IMG/VR virus record: IMGVR_UViG_3300032318_000218
Span: 1-38,381 of that record
DNA from: a virus
Taxonomy: Duplodnaviria; Caudoviricetes
Direction: 5' to 3' (one strand)
Length of the DNA: 38,381 nucleotides
The notes beneath the pieces are model-generated. The model saw nothing but the letters and a program-made list of their open reading frames with translations, was not told the DNA's origin and did no database searches. This document shows, piece by piece, positions 17,711 to 30,000 of the stretch. A program made the translations under genes and the position numbers. Every line of letters starts with the position of its first letter. Positions within the stretch are counted from its first letter, which is position 1.

Positions 17711-18755
17711 TTACCTTCTCCTCATAGAACTTAACGTTCTTTTGTAGTCTTTCATCATTAGGTGATATCTCTAGTGCTTTCTTGCCATATTCAAATGCTT
17801 CATCCCACTTCTCCAGATTCCACGCTGATACTGCTATCAGGTCATCTGCCATATGAGACCAAGCCCAATCTTCAGACATAAACTCTGATGTTCTCACAGT
17901 CTGTTCTAAAGAAATCTTTGCTACCTTGTTACACTCTGCCCACCGCTTTTGGTGGTAGTAGTAATTGGCTAGAGCCAAGATAGATTCTCTGCTTTGGTAA
18001 ACCTCAGTTGCCTTTATTAAATATTCTTCTGCATTATCAGGATCCATCTTAGATAAGATACGCAGTGCATAACTTTTCTCTGCTGGAAAGATACTGACAT
18101 CTAAGTAACGCTTTAATGTTTCCGTAGATTCCGTAGCCATATTGTGATAGAAATATTCTCTACCCAAGTAATATAAGTTACGAGCGTTTGGATCTTCCTC
18201 TGCTGCTTTCTTAAGCATTGGTAGATAATTACCACGTGACTTCTCACCATCTGGCAAGTGCCACGACTCGATGTCATACTCTTTAGATGTCTCTTCTTTT
18301 TCACGGTAGTACCCAGTAGGTACTTCGTGTATCGGATAGACCCATCTAACGTTCTGTCTAGTATGGATTCTAAATCCTAGGAAAGATGCTTTCTCTGTTT
18401 CGTCTGGATTAAAGTCTGTAACGAACTTGTAGCGTGGTTTATCTATACCTTCAGCAAAAGCCTTTTCTAACTCTGCTCGCCAACCTGGACGCATAATCTC
18501 ATCCAAGTCCATTGCAATACAGTAATCAGCATCAGCTGGTACCAGAGCAAGACTTGCATTCCTAGCATCATCAAAGCGCCAAGGCTTAACACTAATTGTA
18601 TAAACCTGTATGCCAAGTTCCTTGGCTATCTCAACAGTTCTATCTGTTGAACCAGTATCTGCTATGACGTGATAGTCAGCATCCTTGGTAGATTCAAACC
18701 AACGTTTGACGTGCTTTTCCTCATTTAAGGCAATACTGTAAACAGCTACTTTCAT
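17685..18755 (-). CDS. GT2 glycosyltransferase with C-terminal TPR repeats
   Basis: IALNEE, DTGSTD, FDDARNASL, MDLDE, IHE; TPR-like 'RNLYYLGREY' and 'GKKALEISPNDERL'. Confidence 0.9.
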   Translation of the reverse strand: MKVAVYSIALNEEKHVKRWFESTKDADYHVIADTGSTDRTVEIAKELGIQVYTISVKPWRFDDARNASLALVPADADYCIAMDLDEIMRPGWRAELEKAFAEGIDKPRYKFVTDFNPDETEKASFLGFRIHTRQNVRWVYPIHEVPTGYYREKEETSKEYDIESWHLPDGEKSRGNYLPMLKKAAEEDPNARNLYYLGREYFYHNMATESTETLKRYLDVSIFPAEKSYALRILSKMDPDNAEEYLIKATEVYQSRESILALANYYYHQKRWAECNKVAKISLEQTVRTSEFMSEDWAWSHMADDLIAVSAWNLEKWDEAFEYGKKALEISPNDERLQKNVKFYEEKVNGNIRRDG

Positions 18756-18764
18756 AGGCTTATC

Positions 18765-20867
<2,103 letters not shown>

Positions 20868-20871
<4 letters not shown>

Positions 20872-21164
20872 CTACTCACCTCACGCAACGCTGCAGCAGG
20901 CTCTAGCCCAGTAGTGCCAGCAATTTTGTTGCAGATACCAGCAATATCTAACCATTCAGAACGAGATGCACTTTCATTATAAATAAGGTTAAGTACTCCC
21001 ACTGTATCTGTAATGTCACCCAAACCTTGACCAATAGATGCTGCCCAAGCACGAGCAGCTGCTGCTGTATCTAGGTAATCAGAACGTGGAGGATAGGCGC
21101 CACCGCCAGTGGCGAGACGATTTAATTCGTCTACGAGCGTTGAACCAAAGTATCCGTATGACAC
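20868..21164 (-). CDS. Hypothetical virion protein
   Basis: 98 aa, GTG start with GAGG RBS, coupled to the next gene. Confidence 0.65.
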
Positions 21165-21172
21165 CTATGACC

Positions 21173-21334
21173 TCACTTCTTCTTTGTCTTTTTTGCTGCA
21201 GCGTTATCAACCAAGTTTGGGTATGGTCGCCCTGCTGCTTTTGCTCTAGCTTTTGCCTTGCTCTTTTGAGCAGGTGTTAGAGGTTTTGATTTTTTATTAG
21301 GATTCTTCTTATCCCAAAATGCTTTTTTTTCCAT
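21173..21334 (-). CDS. Small Lys-rich basic protein (53 aa)
   Basis: Not in the ORF track: MEKKAFWDKKNPNKKSKPLTPAQKSKAKARAKAAGRPYPNLVDNAAAKKTKKK; TAATG coupling. Confidence 0.7.
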   Translation of the reverse strand: MEKKAFWDKKNPNKKSKPLTPAQKSKAKARAKAAGRPYPNLVDNAAAKKTKKK

Positions 21335-21597
21335 TAGCAATCCCAAGCCCTTCTTGCTTTATTTAATCTACTGTTTGGATCTTTGGCTGCTTTTGGAAAC
21401 ATCTTTTCCTGACCTGCAGAACGAGCGCAATATGACTTGCGCCTGGCTGCAGCCTTTGGTGACTTAGATGCTTCTGCCTTTTTAACAGGTGGTTTTAAGT
21501 TATGACCTTCTGCCTTAGCACTAGCACGACCTTTAGCATTAAGACCGCCTTTAGGATTCTGTCCTTCTTTGCGTTGCCACGCTGCAGTCTTAGGCAT
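21334..21597 (-). CDS. Small basic hypothetical protein
   Basis: 'KGGLNAKGRAS...RRKSYCARS...DPNSRLNKARRAWDC'; coupled at both ends. Confidence 0.75.
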   Translation of the reverse strand: MPKTAAWQRKEGQNPKGGLNAKGRASAKAEGHNLKPPVKKAEASKSPKAAARRKSYCARSAGQEKMFPKAAKDPNSRLNKARRAWDC

Positions 21598-21704
21598 TAG
21601 TAGTTCTCTTTTTCGCCAGTCTTTTCTTCGCCGACACCAGCGCCTGGAGCGCCTGTTTCAATATCGTCATATGATGCGTAACCGCATCCGCATACAGCAC
21701 ACAT
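21597..21704 (-). CDS. 35-aa peptide with N-terminal MCxxCGCG
   Basis: Not in the ORF track: MCAVCGCGYASYDDIETGAPGAGVGEEKTGEKENY; TAATG overlaps on both sides. Confidence 0.65.
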   Translation of the reverse strand: MCAVCGCGYASYDDIETGAPGAGVGEEKTGEKENY

Positions 21705-21868
21705 TATTTGCTCACTGTCTTTTTGCCGCCAGAGAACTTGGCTGTGTTGCCCTTTGTCTTACCAGTTGATGATGCAGTTGAAGATGCAATGATGCCCTTC
21801 TTGCTTCCTGGTCCAAAGCCCTTGTCATTGGTAGACTCAGCGCCACCAGATGATTTCATTTTTTTCAT
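21704..21868 (-). CDS. Small K/G/S-rich basic protein (54 aa)
   Basis: Not in the ORF track: MKKMKSSGGAESTNDKGFGPGSKKGIIASSTASSTGKTKGNTAKFSGGKKTVSK; AGGGGA RBS. Confidence 0.7.
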   Translation of the reverse strand: MKKMKSSGGAESTNDKGFGPGSKKGIIASSTASSTGKTKGNTAKFSGGKKTVSK

Positions 21869-21897
21869 AGTTTTCCCCTATTTCTATTTAGTGACGC

Positions 21898-22182
21898 TTA
21901 GTCTCTAAATCCCATTGTGTTGCCATCGAAGGCTTTACCGACCTCATTGCTTACAGCCATAGCTGCATCAATGTCTTTCTTCTTAGTAGAGATTGGTTCT
22001 ACTCCCTGACGAATTGCATCATAATAGGAAGTCAATTCCTTCTCGTCTTTCTTGACTGCTCCAATAGATGCACCGCTTCTAGTAGGGGTTGCACCGCCAT
22101 CAATCATTGGCATATTAGAACGCATACACTCACCATAGGTGACGTGATCTTGTGTCTTACAAGATGATGTGCAGTTACTCAT
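21898..22182 (-). CDS. Hypothetical protein with N-terminal CxSxC..DH...EC motif
   Basis: 94 aa; ATGA coupling. Confidence 0.7.
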   Translation of the reverse strand: MSNCTSSCKTQDHVTYGECMRSNMPMIDGGATPTRSGASIGAVKKDEKELTSYYDAIRQGVEPISTKKKDIDAAMAVSNEVGKAFDGNTMGFRD

Positions 22183-22505
22183 ACTATCGGCTCCAAATAG
22201 TCGCTATAGCCTGCAGCGATAAGAACTGCTGCTTGTTCATCCGTGACTGTATAAACGTGACCACCGAGGAAATAATAATCTGCATCTTCCAATGTATTCT
22301 GGTAGGGATAAAGTGTTGCTTCAACGCTTGTGCCGTTGACAATAAGTGTTACACCACGAGCAATGTCTGTCATAAAACTTGGGATAGATCCTGTAAGAGA
22401 ACCACCAACTAATGGTTTACCAGCAAGACGTGAGTACTTATCAGGCCACGCTTTGCCTGCGTTCCACGTCTGGTTTTCCCAAGGCGTTGTTAATGTGTAT
22501 GGCAT
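22179..22505 (-). CDS. Hypothetical virion protein
   Basis: 108 aa, AAGGAG RBS, first gene after the capsid gene. Confidence 0.75.
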   Translation of the reverse strand: MPYTLTTPWENQTWNAGKAWPDKYSRLAGKPLVGGSLTGSIPSFMTDIARGVTLIVNGTSVEATLYPYQNTLEDADYYFLGGHVYTVTDEQAAVLIAAGYSDYLEPIV

Positions 22506-22529
22506 TGTTCTCCTTAGTGAACTGACTCA

Positions 22530-22553
22530 GTGACAGGGGTTGCCCCCTGCCAC
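22530..22553 (-). terminator. Stem-loop after the capsid gene (stabiliser/attenuator; no U tract)
   Basis: Minus strand GTGGCAGGGG-GCAA-CCCCTGTCAC: 10-bp stem with GNRA loop. Confidence 0.6.
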
Positions 22554-22573
22554 CGCGTTAATCAACTAAATGA

Positions 22574-23500
22574 TTATCCGTTTGTTGCAGCAGTCTCAAT
22601 GCGGTAAAGAGCTGCTTGACGAAGGAGTGACCATCCGCCGAAGTAGTACCAACCGATTGTGTGGAAACGACGGAGCGCGTCGATCTGTGGTCCAATGACA
22701 GTTGAAATGTCTTGGCCCATTGCTTCTGCAAGTGCTTCACGACCAGCAACTACCGCCTTGTAGACGTTTGTTGTGCCGTTTGTAGCGAATGGAACACGTG
22801 GTGTTTCTACCACGAAAGCACCTTCAATTACGCCAACAGCGCCAGCCACGAATGGTGTGCGGTCTACGTACTTTGAAAGTTCTTGGAATCCACCAGTACC
22901 AGTTTCAGCACGAAGATCGGCTGTCTGACGTGGGTGTAGGTATGCTGCATATAGTTCGCCAATACGAGGCAAAGCCTTGTTTGTGCGAAGTTCTGTTACA
23001 GCCTGACGAATGTCAGATACAGTCATCAACTGTGTTGCAGTGATGCCTGCTGTGTTTGTTGCTGTTCCTGCATAGATTGCGTTTGAGCCTGCTGTTAGAA
23101 CAGAAGCTACAACAGAATCAATAGAGTCTGCAGCGTTGTAAGCGATGATGTCAGCGAGTGCTGAGTCAACATCGTTGAAAGAAGTTAGATTTAACTTCTT
23201 TGTTGTTGTTACGGCTGAGCCGTATTCTTGTAGTGTAACTGCAACTTGTGTTGGGTTACCAAGAGCAATAGAAGAAACGTCAGATGCTTCTGTCAATGTA
23301 GATGTAGCTTGAGCTAGATCTGAATAGATTGAGAATACAACTGATGATCCTGGCATTGCCTGTTGAACTGGCTTGACGTCTGCAAGAGCACGCATAACAG
23401 GAATGGAACGTAGTGCCATTCTGACATATTGATCATATGCTGTTTGTACGAGGTTGCTTATCGCCGAGGTACCAGTTAAATTACCACCTGGAATTGCCAT
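22574..23500 (-). CDS. Major capsid protein (HK97 fold)
   Basis: 308 aa following the scaffold; 'LTEASD', 'TLQEYG', 'YLHPRQTADLR', 'VGVIEGAFVVET', 'IGWY'. Confidence 0.9.
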   Translation of the reverse strand: MAIPGGNLTGTSAISNLVQTAYDQYVRMALRSIPVMRALADVKPVQQAMPGSSVVFSIYSDLAQATSTLTEASDVSSIALGNPTQVAVTLQEYGSAVTTTKKLNLTSFNDVDSALADIIAYNAADSIDSVVASVLTAGSNAIYAGTATNTAGITATQLMTVSDIRQAVTELRTNKALPRIGELYAAYLHPRQTADLRAETGTGGFQELSKYVDRTPFVAGAVGVIEGAFVVETPRVPFATNGTTNVYKAVVAGREALAEAMGQDISTVIGPQIDALRRFHTIGWYYFGGWSLLRQAALYRIETAATNG

Positions 23501-23525
23501 TTAGCGTTAGCCTTTCGGATTGTTG

Positions 23526-24002
23526 TTAGAGTCCAGAATTACGAATGACTTCGTCAAGTTCCTCTTTCGAGTTAGCGCTCATAAGTTTACGAAGAACGTC
23601 ATCACCTGAGTCTGGTGTTAAGCCAGATTCGACAGCGTTATTCATCTTCTTGTAAGCAGCAGCTTGTGCTGGGTCAACTACATTCTGGTTAGATTCTTGT
23701 GCTTGGATACCGAATACGTCGCCGTAATCGTCCAACCACTTAGACAAAGACTCCTCAGTTGGGTCAATGTCCGATGGGATAAACGCAGAAATTTTCTTGT
23801 TTACCCCGCGAGCTTCGAGGACATCCTTAATAGCTCGTTCTCTTTGTGCTTTGGATACGCCTTCAAATTGAGCACGAAGCTCTTGAAGTTCTTTATCCTT
23901 TTGCTTTGCTGCTTTACGCAGTTGTTTGACGAGATCATTGTTTTGGTTTGAAGAAGAATCTTCAAAGTCAAAGTCGTCGTCCTCGTAGTCGTTATTGGAC
24001 AT
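23526..24002 (-). CDS. Capsid scaffolding protein
   Basis: Acidic N-terminus and coiled coil 'VKQLRKAAKQKDKELQELRAQ', directly upstream of the capsid gene. Start set at ATG 24002 after AGGGAG. Confidence 0.8.
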   Translation of the reverse strand: MSNNDYEDDDFDFEDSSSNQNNDLVKQLRKAAKQKDKELQELRAQFEGVSKAQRERAIKDVLEARGVNKKISAFIPSDIDPTEESLSKWLDDYGDVFGIQAQESNQNVVDPAQAAAYKKMNNAVESGLTPDSGDDVLRKLMSANSKEELDEVIRNSGL

Positions 24003-24126
24003 AGTCCATCTCCCTATCATTGTTTGATTACGCCAGCCTCATATTCCGTTGGGGTACGGGTATGGCTCTGACTCCTGGTATTGGTATCACTCCACTAGGC
24101 CAGTCGTTCTAGTGGCAGGTCTATGT
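24003..24126 (-). promoter_or_regulatory. Structured 5' leader of the scaffold/capsid genes
   Basis: Hairpin CCACTAG-N10-CTAGTGG and a second stem GTCAG...CTGGC enclosing a CCCC loop, just upstream of the RBS. Confidence 0.45.
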
Positions 24127-25392
24127 TTAGAAGCTACCTGCTCCTGATTCGCGGTACACGCCAGCACTTGATGCACGGTCACGACTTAATGCGTTACCTG
24201 CCATACCAGATGAACCTGAAAACTTTGCTGTTTCAAGTGCAGATAGTTTTTTGCGTCGTTCTGTAGCGCCTACTGCGCCGCTTGTACCAAATACTTCTGA
24301 TTCAGCAACTGCTTGTGTATAAGGATCTTGCTTGTAAATGTCAGCAAGTTGTGATGCACGTGGTAATAATCCACCGATTGCTTGATATCCTTGTTCGGCT
24401 TGTTGCTTTGTAATTCCATAACGTGCAAGGTTTTCTGCTGCTACAGCCTCAGTTGTAAGTCCAGCAGCTAATGCTGCTCCACCAATTTCTGCTGCAGTAA
24501 CCTTGCGCTTAATAGCGTCAAGTGCCTTAGTAGGATCTAGCGTATAAGCCAAAATGTCGCCATTTGTAATGTCTGGGTAGAAAGACTTGAGCGCTTTATA
24601 CACTTCTGGGTTTGCATTTACTACACGGTTTTGTGCAGTCATAACGCGGTCTTCTAACTCTGTAGCAGATACGTCATTAGCAATAAGTTGATTAAATCCA
24701 GCCTGTGTACCTAAAGAATCCTTTGTGTAATAGGATGCAGGAAGTCCGTAATTACGCATAATGTTTTGGTATGAATCTTCCATCGCAAGATACTCTGCTG
24801 GTTTAAGTGCAGTTAATCCTTTAGCAATACGGTCAGCATTAGCGCTAAAGCGTTTCTTGTAAGCATCTGTCTGTTGTAGTCGAAGACTAAATTCTGAAGG
24901 TGAAACGTTATCCATTACAAGACCTTTAAGCGGTTCTACTAAAGCGCCTAGTCCGTAACGAGTAAACTCTTCCATAAGAATATCGTAAGCAGATTTTCTA
25001 TCAGCTTGTTTTTGAGATTCAAGTAAACTTTGAGAACTTCCGCTACCAGAACTACCAGTACCGCCAGTACCTCCACCACCGCCGCCAAGAAAAGTAGCCC
25101 ATTCTTCAGCAGTTGCTAATTTTCCATTAATATAATTTTTACCTGTATTAGATGTGCCAGAACGTCCTTCTGCTATATAACTAGCATCTGTACGATTACC
25201 TGATAAACCACCGCCAGAATCAGTAGATCCCATTTTTTCAACAAGACCAGCAAGAGCACCTAATGATTCTGTAATACCACCCAAACCTTCAATAGCTGCT
25301 TTTTGCTTTGAAGATAAACCACTTGAAGATTTTGGAGCAGGCTTAGATTTAGGTGCAGCATTTCCAGTAACAAATTTTGGTCCAGCCATCAT
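24127..25392 (-). CDS. Internal virion/ejection protein
   Basis: 421 aa, helical with Gly linkers; lies between portal and scaffold as in podoviruses. Confidence 0.55.
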   Translation of the reverse strand: MMAGPKFVTGNAAPKSKPAPKSSSGLSSKQKAAIEGLGGITESLGALAGLVEKMGSTDSGGGLSGNRTDASYIAEGRSGTSNTGKNYINGKLATAEEWATFLGGGGGGTGGTGSSGSGSSQSLLESQKQADRKSAYDILMEEFTRYGLGALVEPLKGLVMDNVSPSEFSLRLQQTDAYKKRFSANADRIAKGLTALKPAEYLAMEDSYQNIMRNYGLPASYYTKDSLGTQAGFNQLIANDVSATELEDRVMTAQNRVVNANPEVYKALKSFYPDITNGDILAYTLDPTKALDAIKRKVTAAEIGGAALAAGLTTEAVAAENLARYGITKQQAEQGYQAIGGLLPRASQLADIYKQDPYTQAVAESEVFGTSGAVGATERRKKLSALETAKFSGSSGMAGNALSRDRASSAGVYRESGAGSF

Positions 25393-26972
25393 TACCCCAC
25401 AAATCCAAAGTCCTGAAGGACTTTAGTAACTGAATCGGAAACTTCTTTACGTGCATTGTTTGTATATTGCCAACGTGCATCCTTGCGAAGCGCTCGTTGG
25501 AAATCATAGATAGGCATTTCACCATTCATACCAATAGCACTGCGAAGTGTTTGGTCGTCAAGTTTAATAGAGGCTGGATCTAATTCAAGAACAGACGCCA
25601 TTGTAGTTTTATAAGGAGCATAGATTGTTTCAAGATCTGTTCCCTCAGCCATTAATTTCTTGACATTATCTGGCAAACCTAATGATGCTGTAGCACGAAT
25701 CTGATTTTTAATAACATCAAGTTTAGTTCCATTTTGAATGGCTTTTGTATAAGCATCAATTTGAGATTGTGAAAGAGTCAATCCATTATTTCTTGCTGTT
25801 TCCATAAGGTCTTGAGCGGTAAGGTTACTGGACTCTTGCTTCTTGGTCTTAAACTCTTCATTTAACTTGGTAGTAAAACCTTTTGTAATAGGTTTCTTTG
25901 TTTTAGAATCTGTGTAAGTACCTGTCTTAATAACGTTTTCAATGAATTGGTCTGGGTCAAATCCACCAGTTGTAATTCCATCTTTAGTTAAAGTAAGGTT
26001 TTTTCTTTCAGCATCATTGAGTATCTTAGTAAGAGCTGTTCTTTCTGCCTGAGTTGATTCACGGTTTAATACACCAGAGAATACTCTGTCAATAATTACT
26101 TGAGCATCAAATGGGTTAGATATTGTGCCGTATGGTTGTGGAGCACCAGGACCAGAGGCACTAAATAGGTTAGGAACTGCTGGAGCCGCAATAAATTCCA
26201 TAAGGTTGTTACCTTGCAAGGCTGCAGGTAGTTGTCCTCTTTGGGTATAAATCTGTTGAATAGCATTTTGAGTTGCTACCCAGCTATTAATACCATCTGC
26301 TTTGGCTTTGTAAACTTGTGGAAAGTTTTTTAACAGGTTGGTTTGAAGCGCTTGTAATTGTCCAACATTTGCAGGATCTACAAGGGTATTGTAGATAGCG
26401 CCAATGTCTTCAATCTTTACGCCACCTGTTGGTCCAGTACCAGTTGTCCCACCAGTACCGCCTTTATTCTCACCTTCAGGTCTTGGACCTACAACTACTT
26501 TAGGTGATGGAAGAGCAGCAGGTGGAGTTCCACCAGCAGCAACAACAGCATCATAGGCATCTTGTGCAGCCCAATAAGCGTTCTGATAATTCTCTTGACC
26601 TTTGTATCCTTTGATACCTATTTCTGCTTCTCTTAATTTTTTAAGAGATTTTTCGTAAGTACCAACAGATGCTTTACTAGTTGCTTGTTTTAATTTTCTT
26701 TTTTCTTCTGCTTTTTCAAGGCTTGATATTTGTAATTTAAGAGCATTTTTGCGTGTTTGTGCTTGCTTGTATGCTTCAGAGGCTGCGTCAAATAAAGGTT
26801 TTAATCTAGCAATTTCCGCTTTGTCATCTTCAGCTACTGCTTTTTTATAGTTCTTTGCAAGCAATTCACGCTCATCAAAAAATGGTGGATATAATTTATC
26901 GTAGGCTTCTTTGGTAGCTTCGGTGGCTTTCTTGTATTCTTTTTGGAGTTCATCAAGGGTCTTAGTAGCCAT
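25392..26972 (-). CDS. Internal virion/ejection protein
   Basis: 526 aa, N-terminal coiled coil; same module. Confidence 0.55.
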   Translation of the reverse strand: MATKTLDELQKEYKKATEATKEAYDKLYPPFFDERELLAKNYKKAVAEDDKAEIARLKPLFDAASEAYKQAQTRKNALKLQISSLEKAEEKRKLKQATSKASVGTYEKSLKKLREAEIGIKGYKGQENYQNAYWAAQDAYDAVVAAGGTPPAALPSPKVVVGPRPEGENKGGTGGTTGTGPTGGVKIEDIGAIYNTLVDPANVGQLQALQTNLLKNFPQVYKAKADGINSWVATQNAIQQIYTQRGQLPAALQGNNLMEFIAAPAVPNLFSASGPGAPQPYGTISNPFDAQVIIDRVFSGVLNRESTQAERTALTKILNDAERKNLTLTKDGITTGGFDPDQFIENVIKTGTYTDSKTKKPITKGFTTKLNEEFKTKKQESSNLTAQDLMETARNNGLTLSQSQIDAYTKAIQNGTKLDVIKNQIRATASLGLPDNVKKLMAEGTDLETIYAPYKTTMASVLELDPASIKLDDQTLRSAIGMNGEMPIYDFQRALRKDARWQYTNNARKEVSDSVTKVLQDFGFVG

Positions 26973-27003
26973 AGTTCAACTCCTTTTCATTTAGTGTGTA
27001 CAT

Positions 27004-30000
27004 TTAGTCTCCGATTAATCCACCGAAGAGAACATCGTATGCCCCTTGAGTGTTTGCATTATAAGATGCCAACTCGCGTAGTTTTGCGATTGTTTGGTCT
27101 TTTAACATTTTTACCATTTGCTGTGAACCACCAAACTGTTCATAGCTTGCTCTTTGATCTTGATATGCCTGGTATGTCTGATACATCTCACGAAGTTTTG
27201 CTTCGGTCTTTGGAGCAATATTAAGGTTTCTTGAAAGCATAAGATTTAAGTCGTTAAGTGTATCTTTGCGCTTAAATGCTGTTTGACCACCCTGTGATAG
27301 TTGCTCAGCAGCTAATGGACGTCCAGCAAAGAAGATGGTTTTCCAAGCAGTAAATTCTTTACGTAGTTGTGTTCTTTGGAAGTCAACTACCGCTGTACTG
27401 AGTGCTGATTCAAACTCATCTTTTTTGTTGTAATAGGCTTGAAGATCTGCGGCTGTTTGGACTTCCTTTAGATAGTCATCAACGCGCTTGTTCTGTGTAA
27501 GACCTAGGTCTCTCATAGACTTGTACGCATCCCAAGAAAATCCAGCCTTGTGAGGAATCAAGAAACCTGCAGCCAAAGGATGGTCGTTAAACAACTGTTC
27601 GTTTTCATTAACAAACTGACCTGCTTCTTCAGCATAACGCAGTGGAGCAAGTCCTTTACGTTCTGATTCTGTAAGAGTAAACGGAACCTGATTAGGGAAC
27701 AATTCAACCCATTTAGCATAAGCGTCATCTATGTTTGTATATTGATCACGTAGTTTATTAAAAGTCTGCTTAAAGTTTGCTCGCCCATTATCACTAATCC
27801 ATTGAGCCATATCTGACTTTAACTGGACTTGTGGTGATGCTGGTGCAAAGAAACCAAAAGCAAAACGCATTCCTAGAATACCAATAACTGTATTCTTAAC
27901 CTTCAAACGGTAGTTTTCCAAATCTTGTGCTGAAGGTGGAATCAAGTTACCTTCTGCATCGTACTCTTTTGGAATACCGTGACCTGAAGCCTCAAGATAT
28001 GTAACTGCTTTGCGCCAAGCGCTCGCATACTGAGAGTTGCGATCATCTTGATTCATCGCAGCGTATGCACGATTAATATGTGCTGGCAAAACCAACGATA
28101 AAAATGGTTGATCTACAGAGTACTTACCAAGTGCATAGCCTCTAATTGTATCTGCTGCGCCTTTGTCAAAGATGTTAACGAGACTAGATACAGTTCCAAT
28201 ACTAAATCCAGCTATTGGGCCAGAGAATGTAGGAATCATTGAGTCTGGGTTCAGAGATGGTGTAAGCATCTTGACTCGTGCTCCAAATTCCACAGGGAAT
28301 GGAACCTTAAACTCAGACTTAATACCTAAACTCTCTAAAATATTTTGTACTGCGTTGTAAACTGGACCAATACCAGGGTATACGAAGTAATCTTCACCCT
28401 GATCGTCTTGTTGAATCCATCCTGAGTGCGTTACACCCTCATAAGTAAGCGCTGCCTTAACAAGCGCTTCTGGATTGTAACGAACAACGCGGTACATACG
28501 GCGATAGAAATCTTCTGTAGCGCGATAGAAACGAGCAAAGTTACGAAGACCAAAGGCAAGTTGTGTACGTACCAGTGGATTATCTACATATTGAAGAATT
28601 TGGCTTACTGCTCGCTCTTCAACAGCAGTTGCTAAAGCAATCTTTGCTCTTTCAGTAACAATTTCAATGCCAGTTGTATTTGTAGGATCCATACCTTTTG
28701 TGTATGAATTAATCCAAGCATCTTCAAAGCCAGAGTTACGCATCTCTCTTCTGATTTTGACCATTTCTTGCAAAACCATAGGTTGACGTGAAATACGAGC
28801 ATTAGCCATACCCAGGAAAGTCCAACCATTCATCATAATATTAGATGTTACTTGGTTGGCATCAACTGCAGGTATAAGAGTAGGTCCTATTACACCACGT
28901 GGAACTTCATTATAGTTATTAGGTAGATCATCTAGTGATAGTTTACCTTCAACTTTATAATTTCCAGACTTGTCTAACACACGAACTTTGTTCAAAAGGT
29001 CTAAATTAATTTCACCATCACGCATAACAAAGTTATTTTTAGCTCTATCAAAAGCAAGATTAATGATGCCTTCTGCATCCATATCGTTTTGCAGGCGAGC
29101 ATCTGATAAGAATTGCTTACCTTGCTTAGTCTGAAGCCAAGTACGCATATTATTGAGTGCCTTGACTCTATCATCTAAATTTGCAATAGCAATTTTACCA
29201 AGCTCATCGTTAGAATAACGACTGATACTAAGCAACCAAGTAAACATAGACTCTGTGCTACCTGGATCAATAGCCTGGAATTTGTATCCACGTTCACCTG
29301 GCTTTTTAACAAGGTTGAGACCAGGTGCTGATATCTCAAGAGCGTGTACCTTAACACCTGTTTGTTGTGCAAGGTTTGTAGCACGTGCAATGTAGTCATT
29401 ACCTAGTGCGTAGTTTGCTCCGCTTTCAGAAACTTCACCCAAAGCATTGTCAATATTACCGTATCTAATTTGTTCAGTAAGAAGTTCAATCTCTTCTTTA
29501 TTCATTGGACCCATACCGAGGCTTCTACGCATATTGTTAATGCGACCTTCTGATAAAGCACGTGCAAATATTTCACGAGTTTGGTTAGTTAATCCACCAG
29601 CAAGACCTTTCTCAAGGTCCTTAATCTGTGTTTCTATCGCAGCAATTTTAGGACTATTAGCTGGCAATCCTTTAATATCTTTTCTAAGGGATGCAATAGT
29701 GCTGCGTGTAGTTTCAAACTTTCCTTGAAGGTCTGTTAATTCTTTAGCGTAGCGATCAACGTCTCTTTTGTTAATAAGGCGCAGTGCTATACCTAGTGGG
29801 TTTGCAGAATCTAATATACCCTGCTTAGCAACTCCTTCAGCTTTGTTAACTGCAGCCATAAATGTATTAATACGATTTGAAAGAATACGATTCTTTGCTA
29901 GACCCCAGGCTGATTCACCGATAGCAAGGTTTACCATTAAGTCTTCGCCAGCGTTACGAAGAGCATAACGTGGACCAGCGAGAGTCAAGAATGACCAAGC

